Of a DNA stretch of 64,000 nucleotides, positions 1 to 12,967 are shown piece by piece. The stretch's first letter is position 1, and each line of letters begins with the position of its first letter. Both the position numbers and the translations under genes were made by a program. The stretch is from Octopus sinensis (Eukaryota), in contig NC_042999.1 in assembly GCF_006345805.1 (NCBI RefSeq), positions 17,794,001 through 17,858,000 of the forward strand. The letters are read 5' to 3'. The notes under the pieces are model-generated. The model was not told the origin of the DNA, did not search any database, and was given only the letters and a program-made list of their open reading frames with translations.

Positions 1-136
1 TTCGAAATAACTGTCGTTATTGAGAATGGATTCTTGTATATACTAACATCTGTCTTTGATTTGCCTTGTTTATATGAAGTATTTAAATTGAACTGAATGT
101 ATAATTGTTCAATTTATTTTGTTTTGCGTTTCCAAT

Positions 137-140
<4 letters not shown>

Positions 141-174
<34 letters not shown>

Positions 175-320
175 GCACATACACGCACACACACACACAC
201 ACGCACACACGCACACACACACGCACACACACTCACACACACACACACAAACACACACACGCACATATATATATATATATATATACATACATATACACAC
301 ACACACATATATATATATAC
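141..320. repeat. compound (TA)n/(CA)n microsatellite
   Basis: Directly visible dinucleotide runs; explains the YI/HT/VC-rich ORFs at 105-494. Confidence 0.97.
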
Positions 321-3193
321 ACAATACAATAGGACAGGAAAGCAAATTGACCAGACAGTTAGGTGATACAAGAAAGGGCCCACAAAACATCGGAGTTTTC
401 TTTCCTCATCGAGTTCCAGATTATCTTTGCAATTTCCGCTCCAATATATATATATAGCAAATGTGCTGTCTAGACGCTTTTGATTGGCGTGCATTCGTAA
501 GTTTTGGGGAACGATCTCTGCCCCGGTAAATGTTTTTGAGTAACTATGTTTATATCACATTGTCTAATCGAGTCCAATTCAAATGAATTTTACCCTCATC
601 TTTACGTAGCTCTTTCTCACGCTACTCGTCACATCGTTGATCTTCGTTTGGGTCATGTGTAAAATGTTAGAGAATGCGTCTAAATCTACTCTCGATTACA
701 TACATATTTACAGAAAATTGTAAATTTACAGTACAAACTACCATGTAATAAAAGAATTGAAGGCTTAGATTTTTATGCGTTGTCCGCCATAACAACGTGA
801 GTAATTAGAATGTAACATCGGACGAATATTGACGTTGAAAATGCATCCCAGTGTTTAAATTCAACACTCGTGTCAACTATATTAAAAGTTAAATAAATAT
901 ACGTATTCTCACAGCGACGAATATTAATTCTTTGACTCGCTGTCAAATGCACTTTTAGGAAAATTACATTATGACACATTGTCTCCTGCGGATTTTTAAG
1001 AATATTTCCCATGTCTCTGGAATGGAATAAATTTGCAGAAAGACAGTGATAATACTTTATGTTCAAATCTCGTCTTTATATGATTCAATCAACTTTTATC
1101 AACGAAATACAAAGCCATGTTTTTCCTGCTCAATTGAAATAATGTACAAGAACATATTGAAACTGTTATTATGCGAACACACTCAAGAAACATGCTATCC
1201 TATAGACCGATATGAAATCAATACAGGCTGAAACTGCGCTAGCAAAATGTATAATATATAACTCAAATATAAATTATGGGATATCTCACGAAAAATCTTA
1301 TACTAGCACGTACATAGTCATACAAGTGAGCATACACACATGCACAGAAACATACACACGCATAACTTTTATGTGTTAGTATGCGTGCACATGTGATTGC
1401 TCGAGTTCTGAGGTTGCCGAGGAAGTTAAAAATGAAAGCACATATATATCAGATAAAAAAAAGCTGTGGAGCATATGTTGATAGAAATCGACCTAATAAT
1501 ACACGTCTGCATATTTACATAATGCTGTCTTCTTTGTTTTAGTTATGTTGTCATTGATGTACAAGGATAACAAATATATATTTCTGTTTTTGTTGTTTGT
1601 TATATGCAAAACTTATTACACTGTATAGATTACACTGAGGAAAAAGTTGTCTGCGATTTGGTAGATGTGCTTTTATCTTTATCACAGAAATTGATGCAAA
1701 CATCATGTTATCATAACTGGCATGTTCAGAGTTAGCAAAAATAATGGAAAGCATTATAGAAATTTTGAGAATTTAGTGTATAATAACTATTTACAGTAGG
1801 TATGAAATTATATCATAAACGGAAGAATTGTCTAGACGATGAATTTTTCGTCATTTATGTAATTAATTAACGACAAGAATTAACTCGTAATTCATCTCGT
1901 TTTTCTCTTTTCTGTCATTGTTGATTAATGATAATTGAATATTATTGTATGTATATATGTATGTTACATTATGTATCTATGTGTGTATGTAAGTGTATAT
2001 GTGTATATATGTATATATATGTAAGTATATATGTATATATATATGTATATATATGTAAGTATATATGTATATGTATGTATATATATGTAAGTATATATGT
2101 GTATATATGTATATGCGTTTATACAATATATATGTATATATGTTTGGATTATATAATGCATTGTCATTATTGTACAACACTATATGCTGTATGAACGAGT
2201 CATCAATTATTCATTGAATAAAATGTATCAAAGTTTCTATTACATTCAGAATGGTATTCAATTCTTATTAATTACAAAGAAATTACTTAATTATATGATA
2301 CTGTAGGTATTGATATTGGTTTTTTAATGGACATTTGTTTAGTAGTGATAATTAGTTAAATGATATTCACATCTTTTAATTTAAAAATTTATTTGCCTGC
2401 CCTTTTAATACATACACACAGATGTGTATAAATAAACATATGCACTCAAACGAAATATGCATACACACTTGCATGCATACATATGTGCATACACAGACAG
2501 AGAGTTATTGTGATGTACGACATGCTGCAGAATTCTTTTTGCTCTTTTCAATTTACTTTTATCTTCAGCTTTCGTGAGACATTTATAATCGATAAATTTT
2601 CTTAGCTTTCGTAAGACATTTATAATCGATAAATTTTCTCAACACTCTTACACTTTATTTCCTTTGGATTTTCCTTAATTTTCTTGGAAAAGTTTAAGCC
2701 TTCTTCTAGTTGTTGTCTGTGATGTTGTTACATAAATTTCTTTGAGAATATCTACAATTTTTATCAGGTTGTTTATATCAGTATTCCAAACATGACTGTA
2801 ATTTCAAATTCCCTTTTGGGATAGGCTGTTTGGTTACGTCTATGATAAATTTATCATTCACTCACTTATAAGTACTGCATTGTATAATTGGTGGGATTTA
2901 TACAGTTTATTCTGATTCTTGCTGAAAGACATTCTATCGAGGTCTTCCGATATTTGTAAGATTGTCATTGTTTTAATCACAAAAATAAAAAAAATAAAAG
3001 TAATGCAATTACAGAATTTATTTTCTAATCGGAAGCGACAATAATGAGATACATTGTTTAATTAGCTTCACGTTCCATAAACTGTTCATTTGTAACTGTA
3101 ACATTTACATATTTTTTATCGCACTTGTATTATCTTTACACTGATTATTCATGGGGGTCTTATTTTGTTCAAATTACTCAGGAATGCCACAGT

Positions 3194-3333
3194 TTAAGGC
3201 GTTGCTGTGTTGTAAGAGAGTTGCTTCCTAACTACATGGTTCCATATTCAGTCGCATTGCGTGGCACCTTGGGTAAGTGTTTTCTACTCAAGCCTTGTAG
3301 ATTTGGTTGCCGGAAACTGGCTAAAGCATGTCG

Positions 3334-3364
<31 letters not shown>

Positions 3365-3411
3365 TATATATATAAACACGCATATACATATATATATATA
3401 TATACACGCAT

Positions 3412-3467
<56 letters not shown>

Positions 3468-3692
3468 CTGTGTTCATGTGTGTGTGCGGATGGTGTGTAT
3501 GTCTTTGCGTGAGTGTTTCCCCCACCAACACTAAGCAACCAGTGTTGGCATGTTTGCGTCTCTGTAATCAGAGATAAAAAGTACCAGGCTAAGCAACAAA
3601 ATGCAGGACTCGGTTCACTTGACTAAGCCCACTTCAAGGCGGTGCCCCATCACGGCAAGAATCTGATAACTGAAACAAGTAAATGATAAAAG
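3194..3692 (+). mobile_element. tRNA-derived SINE, family A (degenerate, internal microsatellite expanded)
   Basis: Head ...acatggttcc...gtggcaccttgggtaagtg..., internal (TA)/(TG) run and tail ...aaggcggtgcccc...actgaaacaagtaaa, colinear with the copies at 7455, 12377 and 55874. Confidence 0.85.
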
Positions 3693-3733
3693 ATACATAC
3701 ATATATACATTCTCACATACATACATATATATA

Positions 3734-3785
<52 letters not shown>

Positions 3786-3865
3786 ATATACATACATATA
3801 TATACATATATATATATGTGTATATACACACACGCACACATACACACACACAAACACACACACAT

Positions 3866-3913
<48 letters not shown>

Positions 3914-4866
3914 AAGGATAAATGGATGGATATACGGTGGGATTACACACAGTGTCCAATTTCCATCAAAATACATTGATCGGCTCTAGGTACAGCAGAA
4001 AAATGTTCCAGCACGCTGCGCAGTATGAGCAAGCCCGAAACAACTACCGATTGTTTCTTTTATCACACACCCATTACTTTGCCTGTATGCAATAATTTTC
4101 CTTGGATTGTTGATATATATGCTGCCAAAGTCATTCAGATTTCTTTAAGTATTGTGTATTAGAAGATCGGCTTATGAATAAGCTAAGTAGCTTCTCAGTT
4201 GATAGATTCGATATAATTCTTTGTTGTACAAATATGCATATAAACGTATTTATTCTTATCTTGTATATATATTTCATGAATAATTGTTATATATATCACT
4301 GGGGATATTTCGACCTATGACAGCTTTTGTATGGTATTTTGAGTTTACAAAGCGTGTTGCCCATTGGTTATTTTTGTATTATAGATTAAATAAAGGGCAG
4401 CTATGCCCCACATATTCACTATATGGCTCCAGACCTCAAAAGAGTGAAGACGGCGGAATACCCATGTATTATTTAATGTGACACATTCATGTTTCCTGTT
4501 GACTATTGAAATGTGTGTAGGCATAGGTGATGCCGGTTATATTTCAAACTGGAATGTTCCTGCCTTCCGGCACAATTTTTTTCTTGTGGCAATTGCATAA
4601 GAACGATTCTGTGTTCATCACACACTCTAATTTTTAGGGTAAGGGACTGTGCAGTAATCGGTGTTTCGACCTCGTTATGTCTCCCCAGTAAACGCTTCAC
4701 TAGACTAATGAATCTAACGGCAGTTTTCCGCTCCGTTTTTATAATTTTAGCAAATACTTTGATGATGCAAACAGATATTTCTCAACAGACAATAAATTGT
4801 CAGACAACAGATTCGAACGTGTTATTACTTAGCATACATAATCTTATATATATATCCGGGATCTGG

Positions 4867-5158
4867 GATCCCCTTCGGTCACGACACTGACCATGGGATT
4901 GCACCTAGAAAGTTACCCTCCTAGTCACAAGTCTGGGCATGGTTGTTTATGGAAGACCAGCAGTCGCCCATGCATACCGGCTCCCCTCTCCACGCCGCCA
5001 GTGTTATCCAAGGGAAAGGCAAAGGCCGATACAGCTTGGCACTCGTGACGTCGCAACTCATTTCTACAGCTGAGTGAACTGGAGCAACGTGAAATAAAGT
5101 GTCTTGCTCAAGAACACAACACGCAGCCCGGTCCGGGATTCGAGCTCACAACCTCACG

Positions 5159-5159
<1 letters not shown>
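4867..5159 (-). mobile_element. tRNA-derived SINE, family D (5'-truncated)
   Basis: Minus strand reads ...gttgtgagctcgaatcccgg...gtgttcttgagcaagacactttatttcacgttgctccag..., the same B-box and central domain as the 47343 copy, with a different 3' tail. Confidence 0.8.
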
Positions 5160-5228
<69 letters not shown>

Positions 5229-5900
5229 GGGGAGAATTCACAAAAAAAGCAAAAAGACGAAGATTGGTGGTGTAGACAACAAACAGATGTATAACGCACG
5301 GGAAGTGAAGAAGTCGTTAACATTTCGAGTCCAAGCTCTTTTCGAGAAAGAAAATGGAGAGAAAATAAGAATGAGGCTCTCTAAATGCAATGTGTAGAAT
5401 TGTAAGTGGTCAGGGGTTTTGTATATACCCCAGTTATATATAAATCTGTGTGATAGTTTCATAAGGGGGATTAATTATTGTGTCCGACGTTTAGATTGTT
5501 AGTTGTAAAAATTTAACATGTCAAGCATTAGAAAGTCTTTGTGTATGAAGTGTTGTGCATGCGGCGCTTCTCAATGTTCCTCAATCGATATAATCTTTTA
5601 AACGGCATTCTTTTAAAATAATACTCTTACTAATAATATTTTGACTGTGTGTATGCGTGTTCTTAAATCAACGATTCTATTGATCTATACTGAAAATCGT
5701 TCACTATTCCACCTTTGCTTCCCGATAACTATAAGACACTAATAAAAATTTCGCGTGTTAATATAATAGATAATGATAGATATTTCGGAATATTCATTCT
5801 GCATATAGGCTATAAACATTTGCCGATTTTTTGTTCTGCAGTGAGCGGGTTTATACGTTTTCTCATACCTGTTTTGCTTTTTTTGACCCTAAATATAGCA
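5229..5900 (-). mobile_element. putative decayed Penelope-like element 3' part (GIY-YIG remnant plus pseudo-LTR with degenerate HHR-like motif)
   Basis: Minus strand has a frameshifted IDQ*..DLRTRIH segment resembling the GIY-YIG YIGQT..LRTRI..H motif. It is followed by gagc-ttgga-ctc-gaaa-tg-tt (5313-5350; core CUGANGA lost) and ends in (TA)n. Confidence 0.35.
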
Positions 5901-7454
5901 GTATTGGTTTTAAAAGCGACTTCAAATAAATATTCTTGCAAACCTAATTCTAAATAGAAAGGTTAATATATGAGAGCAATTTGTATCATATTTTTGGCAA
6001 TTCTTCTACCAAGCTGTATTTCTCTCTGTCACTATTTTTTGTTAATATTTTGTTGCCCTAAATCGGCTTCGCTTGACTAAGCGTATTATGAAAAACTATC
6101 CAGCCGTGATCATAAATATTTTTTCATATGCATAATAAACCTCAACTACATTATACGATGTGATCTATTTTTAAGGTTATCGGATATAAGGTGAATTTGG
6201 ATCTCTCTTTGTGTTCTATGTCTATTAGTATAAACTTCGTCTGTGCTGCTATGATGTTATTATTAATTTCTAGTGTGCTAAATATGTACGGTTTAGTTAT
6301 GACTATATACATGTACAGTGTTATATTTGCAGTTAACTACGGGTTGCAGCAGCGACAAACATTTAGTCTTCATTTCTCTGAAGAGTTTTTAATATTATAT
6401 TTAGTTTTCTTTCATCGCGTTATGCTATGTGTAGCTTCTGAGGATATCGATTCATAATATTGTACTTTATGATTTTTTTCTTATAAGGATAGGAGCTATA
6501 TTCCTGTCAGCGCAACGGGAGATGTATCAAATATATTTGTTGTACAAGGTTGATGGTATTTTCCTCTGTCATACTCAAACATATTTTCTAAACCTAATCA
6601 CATGGTCATTTTCAGTCAATCAAAATATATGTAAAAGTGATACGAATTATAGGTATGTTCTCTCTATAAAAACAAGAGAATTTTTGAACTCAAATCAAAA
6701 GAAAAAGTATTACAGAATAGCTTGATGTCTTTTAATCTAACCTATTGAAATCAAAAGGATCTGTGAAAAAGCTCTTTAAAAATGTAAAAATAACAACATT
6801 CTCTTGTATATCAATTTTTTTTTATAAATCTCAGGTAACTAATTTGAGAATTAGCTACCTGAGATTTTCCATTCACTTATATGATCATGATACCTACGAT
6901 TATACCTCTTTCGACGACTTCGGTTTTACATTCTAGTAGTGTTTACTCTGTTGTTGTCGTTATCACTTTAGCTTCACATCAAACCAGAATACAGAATTGT
7001 AGATTGATAGGTGATTAACCAAAGAATATTCAAACCAAAAGGGACACAGCAGCACATTATCTAGTGCGTCTTTGACCCTTGTTCGATCGTGATGCAAGGT
7101 GGTCATGCAGCATGGTACACGATTTCCTGATTGGTCTAATCTTGTGTTTCGACATAACAAACCAAAATATTAGGACAGCTACATAAATGGCGATTTCTCT
7201 AAATGCACATGCTAAAGTAGCGATGTTGAAAAAGGATTAAGAAAAGTAACTCCTGATGTTGTGCCAGCTTTCCTTTGATGTAATAATTAAAAGAAGAAGC
7301 ATGGTTGATAATAAAGTTGTTACCGATAAAATGTATTGCCATCACGTGTTACCAAATTATCTTTTGTATTTAAGCATCCAAATGCCCTTGGATCATCTAT
7401 TGCAGTGCTCTAAATAACCATAATGGTGAAACGGGCGTAGGAACTTATACATAT

Positions 7455-7862
7455 TACTCTTTACTCTTTTACTTGTTTCTGTCATTTGACTGCGGCCATG
7501 CTGGTGCACCGCCTTTAGTCGAGCAAATCGACCCCAGGACTTATTCTTTGTAAGCCCAGTACTTATTATATCGGTCTCTTTTGCCGAACCGCTAGGTGAC
7601 GGGGACGTAAATACACCAGCATCGGTTGTCAAGCAATGCTGGGGGGACAAACACACACAGACACACACAGACACACCTACACATATATACATATATACGA
7701 CAGGCTTCTTTCAGTTTCCGTCTACCAAATCGACTCACAAGGCATTGGTCGGCCCGGAGCTATAGCAGAAGACACTTGCCCAAGATGCCACGCAGTGGGA
7801 CTGAACCCGGAACCATGTGGTTGATTAGCAAGCTACTTAACACACAGCCACTCCTGCGCCTA
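7455..7862 (-). mobile_element. tRNA-derived SINE, family A, full length
   Basis: Reverse complement begins taggcgcaggagtggctgtgt (A-box region), has gttcagtccc (B-box-like) and gtggcatcttgggcaagtgtctt (CORE-like), and ends cagcatggccgcagtcaaatgacagaaacaagtaaaagagtaaagagta. Confidence 0.93.
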
Positions 7863-8729
7863 TACTATATAATAGTTTTTAATCCTAATTTCTCCTATAT
7901 ACATCTAAATACACACATACACACACCGATACATTTTCTTTTGTCATCAAATAAAAAATTATGAGACGTAAGCAATCGTAAATTTAAAGATATAGCCAGT
8001 GGCCTAAACTGGAACACAGTTCCGAAGTCTCATGCCCGTACACGAAATTGTAAACACACATATTCATACAATTAACTTAAATAAACACTTACTATTGAAA
8101 ACCAAAAATGACAGGCTCACATACGCCCCCACATTCTATCGCCACCATACATGTAAACTCATACATTCACCTACTCACTGAAATGATAATATCAACTGCA
8201 GTAACAGACATTTTCAGCCACAGCGGAAGTCTAGTAGTGCGAAATGATGTCATTCATGGAGTGTGAAATAGTAACAAAACATTTCTGACATTCCAAATCA
8301 TTGATGGGTTGCTCAACGGACTATTAACCTTCAACTGTACTCGTTTGAACTTGAAGATGCATAAAATGGTTAATGAATAACTTGTTTCAATAATTAATGG
8401 ATTAATTGATAAATTAATTGATCGGTTATGAATATAAATCAATGTAGAGGGAAATGAAATCGTTCTTATACTTCTAACAGTCGGAACCGATCGTGACTTT
8501 GAAGTCAACATGTTCAAGTTTTAGCGTCTCTCTCTCTCTTCCTTCTTCCTCTCATTTTATCTCTCTCTAAGTGTGTATGTGTGTGTGTGTGCGTACATGG
8601 ACGTAAACAAAACTGATTGCGTGAGAAATTGTAACTGTATCCTTTACTAAGCATAAATAAGGCGAAAAGGAACAGGCTAGAAAAATACATAGCACGTGGA
8701 TAAATATTCTTCTACTACTACTACTATGG

Positions 8730-8910
8730 CAATCCCTCAAGGTCAAGGATGATAGTCTTCGTACAAATTTATTGGTGAGTCCGCAGGTGACTGATAAGAC
8801 CAATTCTTGCTCGAAAATATCGGTCACAGCGCGGACATCTAGTGCCGGAAGGGAGAGTCGCACGTGGTTGTTGTTGGCGCTCCTTCCGTCGTCGTCTTTT
8901 CTCCACACCT
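8730..8910 (-). mobile_element. old LINE 3'-end remnant (RTE-like)
   Basis: GC-richer island ending on the minus strand in ...ccttgagggattgccatag(tag)n, a short-repeat tail typical of LINE 3' ends; family assignment is weak. Confidence 0.35.
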
Positions 8911-9284
8911 TACAATGACATTTCTTTCGTACTACGAAACGCAATAGAGCTATATATGTGTTAACTCATAACACATAGGTTTCCACATTATTTAATGAAG
9001 GCCATCATCTCGCAGTTATCACTCTTTCCTTTCTTTTCATGTATTTTCTGTTGCACAGTTGCATTATCATCGTAATGGAATAATTTGTTGATTTTTCTAA
9101 AACATTATGCTTCATTCAATTTAGTCATAAATAGATTTATATGATTGATATTTGTTCTATTTCTCTCACCAATCCATAGTGCCTTTTCTTAGTCGTGTTG
9201 TTTCACGATCCGAATCGTTAAAATGTATATTTTTTGCTGCTTTTAGTCGTGTATATTGTTCATAATCAATGCGTGAATGTATAC

Positions 9285-9333
<49 letters not shown>

Positions 9334-9731
9334 TATAATGTATATATGTGTATTTGTGTGTATGTGTTTATACATACGTATATATATATAAATATATATA
9401 CATATAATATGTATATATGGGTATTTGTGTGTATGTGTATATACATACGTACATATATATATATATATATGTATGTATGTATGTATGTGTCTATGTATAT
9501 CTATGTGTGAAAGCATGCAGCTATATTCGCCTTAACATTTAAATATGCCAGGTTATATGAAGGAAAATAGAAGTATAAGAATTCGAAATGAATGATTACT
9601 AAATGCCCAAATATTTATATATCAGAGACGAAATGCAGTTTTGTTTAGAATTGTAAACAAAAGTCCGACGAAAGAGAATGTGAAACTCTGAGTAACAGTT
9701 TTTGTGACATTTCCGCTGCTTTTCAGTAAAT

Positions 9732-9793
<62 letters not shown>

Positions 9794-9880
9794 TATTAGA
9801 GACAAAACCACTATTTTGCAAAACAAACAAGGAAAGACTTAATCAATACATAAAATTTTAATAAATAGTCAAAAAAACCG

Positions 9881-9926
9881 CCACTACATTGTTTCTTTCT
9901 TGTCTTGATCGACAATCTTCAGGTGG
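9881..9926 (-). ncRNA. type I hammerhead ribozyme, damaged copy (family H1)
   Basis: Minus strand CCAC-CUGAAGA-UUGUC-GAUCAA-GACAA-GAAA-GAAA-CAAUG-UA-GUGG: duplicated GAAA and one base missing from stem III relative to the 10978 copy. Confidence 0.6.
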
Positions 9927-10977
9927 AGTTCCAATCTAAAATATCAATATTTTAAAATATAAAAATAATAATTTTAAAATAATTAAAGTATGAATGAAAA
10001 AATGTAATATATAATCCACATATACCTATATATAATCCATATATAATCAATATATAAACAATATATAAACTAAAATAAACCTATCAACAATTAAATATAA
10101 AATATGAAATATAAAATATAAAATAAAACAAAACAAAAAAATAATAATAATATAATAATAAACTATATATACACCCATACACATATACCTAATTATATAT
10201 AACCATATCTAACTACATACACTATCACACACCTATATATAATCCCTATACATACACATAAAAACGTCTAGGCAACTATAAATAAATAAAATAGCTAAAT
10301 ACTTCAACACAATACTTATTCATACTCCCACACACACACACCATACAACCCACATTCACGCTCTAGAAAACGGACATCACTTAAAATTATGAACGGAGAA
10401 ATGGAATAAATGAATTAAAAATAAAACATTATTGCATTATTTCATTCATAATTTTTAAGTAGTGTTAGTTTTACCAAGTGAATATAATTTTTAATTCCAT
10501 TTATTCCATTTCTCCGTTCATAATTTTAAGTGATGTCTCTAGAGCGTGAATGTGGGTTGTATGTGTGTGTGTGTGGGAGTATGAATAAGTATTGTGTTGA
10601 AGTATTTAGCTATTTTATTTATTTATAGTTGCCTAGACGTTTTTATGTGTATGTATAGGGATATATATATAGGTGTGTGATTTAGTGTATGTAGTTAGAT
10701 ATGGTTATATATAATTAGGTATATGTGTATGGGTGTATATATAGTTTATTATTATATTATTATTTTTTTGTGTTTGTTTTATATTTTATATTTTATATTT
10801 TATATTTTATATTTTATTGTTGATAGGTTTATTTTAGTTTATATATTGTTTATATTTGATTATATATGGATTATATATAGGTTATATATGGATTATATTT
10901 ACATTTTTTCATTCATACTTTAATTATTTTAAAATTATTATTTTTATATTTTAAAATTGATATTTTAGATTGGAAGT

Positions 10978-11020
10978 CCACCTGAAGATTGTCGATGAAG
11001 ACAAGAAACAATTGTAGTGG
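10978..11020 (+). ncRNA. minimal type I hammerhead ribozyme (family H1)
   Basis: CCAC (stem I)-CUGAAGA-UUGUC/GACAA (stem II, loop GAUGAA)-GAAA-palindromic stem III ACAAUUGU-cleavage triplet GUA (cut after 11016)-GUGG (stem I). All core nucleotides are canonical. Confidence 0.85.
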
Positions 11021-12225
11021 CGTTTTTTTGACTATTTATTAAAATTTTATGTATTGATTAAGTCTTTCCTTGTTTGTTTTGCAAATAGTGGTTTTGTCTC
11101 TATAATATTTTATAATATTTTACTATAAATTGGATTTAATCCTAAATCTGATTTTTTCCCTGTAAATTTCGATTTATTCCCTAATATTTATTATATATAT
11201 ATATATATATTTGTCTTGTCTGCAGTGAAATAAAAATGACTATATAAAATATTATGGTCGTATGCATTACTAGTAATATATTTTTCTATGAATGACTTCT
11301 TAAATTTTCTCCAACTACATGTCAAACTCATTAAATAAACTAAAACAGAATTATTAACCAATACCATTTAAAAACTATTGCAGAAATATGTCTTCGAACA
11401 TGTGATCAAATTCTTTCCAGATTTTCTACTATATTATTTCTTTCTTTCTTTTTTATTTTTCGTTTTGTCAGAAATGCTTCTAGGTTTATATCGAATTCAA
11501 TGTGCGAACAAAATCCAATCTTTCTTCAGAAATTGTTGAAGTTGCTAATTAATCAGTGTCCACGAACTGCCTTCAGTTTGGTAGAAATTTCTACTGCCTA
11601 AAGCTACAAACAAACTGAATTAACTTGAACAAGCTTATAGCAATTACACACGTCTTCTTCATTTGCATTATGCCTCCATTAACAACCAATGTCTCAAATA
11701 TTGAGAACTGGGCAGATTGCTTGGTATTGTATTGTACATATGACTATAATTTTATGCAATCAGAATATCAGCAGAAATATCCATAGAAATTTTTGAAAAA
11801 TACTTCATGGCACACTGAACTCTATATACAGTTCGCGATCAATGTATATCATGTGATAAGGAATAATATAACGTCACGAGCAGATCCTTTATCTTTCATG
11901 ATAGAGGAATTTAGACTGAGGCATAGTCTACTCTCTCATACAAATGAACATTCAACGTAGGAATCATAAGTGTGTTCTAAAAACTGAAGATAATGAATGA
12001 AACCAGCATCTGGCTGTCACAGCAGTGTGTGTACCGTTAAGTGATATGGAATACATAAGGAAGGGGTTTCGGATACAAGTAGCCGCAGACAGTTAATTGT
12101 ATTTTAGAAAAGAGAATGTTATGCAGAATACATAGATTAAAGCAAAGAAGATATGGAGTACACCAAATATTTTCAAAATGATAACTATTCAATCGCAAAA
12201 ATCCACAGGGACACATGCACAAAAA

Positions 12226-12274
<49 letters not shown>

Positions 12275-12376
12275 TATATAGATATATATATATATACGGA
12301 TTATGCATACATATATATGTAGTTAACTGTGTATCTCTCTCTCTCTCCCTCTCTCTCTCTATATATATATATATTT

Positions 12377-12800
12377 ATAGGTACAGGAGTGTCTGTAGTA
12401 AGTAGCTTTTTTTAAAATGAAGTAGCTTGCTTACCAAACACATGGTTCCGGGTTTATTCCGACTGCGTGGCACCTTGGGAAAGTGTCTTCTACTATAGCC
12501 TCGGGTCGACCAAAGCCTTGTGAGTGGATTTGATACACGGAAACGGAAGAAAGTGCGTTGTATATATGTGTATATATATATATCAGTATGTTTGTGTATA
12601 TGTTTGTGTGTCTGTGCTTGTCCCCCCACCATCGCTTGACAACAGATAGTGGAGTGTTGACGTTCCTGTAACTTAACGGTTCGGCAAATAGGACCGATAG
12701 AATTAGTTCTAGGCTTAGAAAGAATATGTCTTGGGTTCGATTTGTTCGAATGGATGCGATGCTCCGCATGGCGTAGTCAAATGACTGAAACAAGTAAAGC
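12377..12800 (+). mobile_element. tRNA-derived SINE, family A, full length
   Basis: taggtacaggagtg...gtggcaccttgggaaagtgtctt...gcatggcgtagtcaaatgactgaaacaagtaaa, colinear with the 55874 copy. Confidence 0.9.
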
Positions 12801-12809
12801 GTACAGAGT

Positions 12810-12830
12810 ATATATATATGTGTATATATA

Positions 12831-12866
<36 letters not shown>

Positions 12867-12924
12867 TATTATATATATATATATATATATATATTAATAG
12901 ATATATATATATATATATGAATAT

Positions 12925-12967
<43 letters not shown>

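Larger units (their letters stand above)
9786..11112. mobile_element. long imperfect palindrome: diverging inverted pair of HHR-bearing pseudo-LTR-like units (Penelope-like or retrozyme)
   Basis: Arm 9786-10422 is the reverse complement of arm 10487-11112 (e.g. gagacaaaaccacta / tagtggttttgtctc; ctaggcaactata / tatagttgcctag), with an about 64-bp spacer. Each arm carries an outward-pointing HHR motif; the left end abuts (TA)n. Confidence 0.85.

Noticed and set aside
600-1066. YIYLTFNIVDT and LYCKFTIF as possible GPCR TM2/TM3
   Set aside because: Spacing between the motifs (about 48 aa) is too long and a frameshift is needed.
2567-2640. 37-bp tandem duplication (two copies)
   Set aside because: Only two units inside probable LINE debris; not a CRISPR-like or regulatory array.
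4645-4700. Minus-strand CUGGGGA-GAC..GUC-GAAA hammerhead-like string
   Set aside because: A6 is mutated, and no stem I or stem III pairing can be built.
5715-6457. Hydrophobic plus-strand ORFs resembling GPCR TM5-TM7 (FIRFLIPVLLFLTLN, MRAICIIFLAILLP, SISINFV)
   Set aside because: Several stops and frame changes are needed. They are better explained as the T-rich antisense of an A-rich decayed retroelement ORF on the minus strand.
6963-7350. Minus-strand frame with TM-like stretches (IAIYVAVLIFWFV...RRTR*CAAVSLLV*IFFG*SP)
   Set aside because: Multiple in-frame stops at the diagnostic positions; cannot be separated from compositional chance without a profile search.
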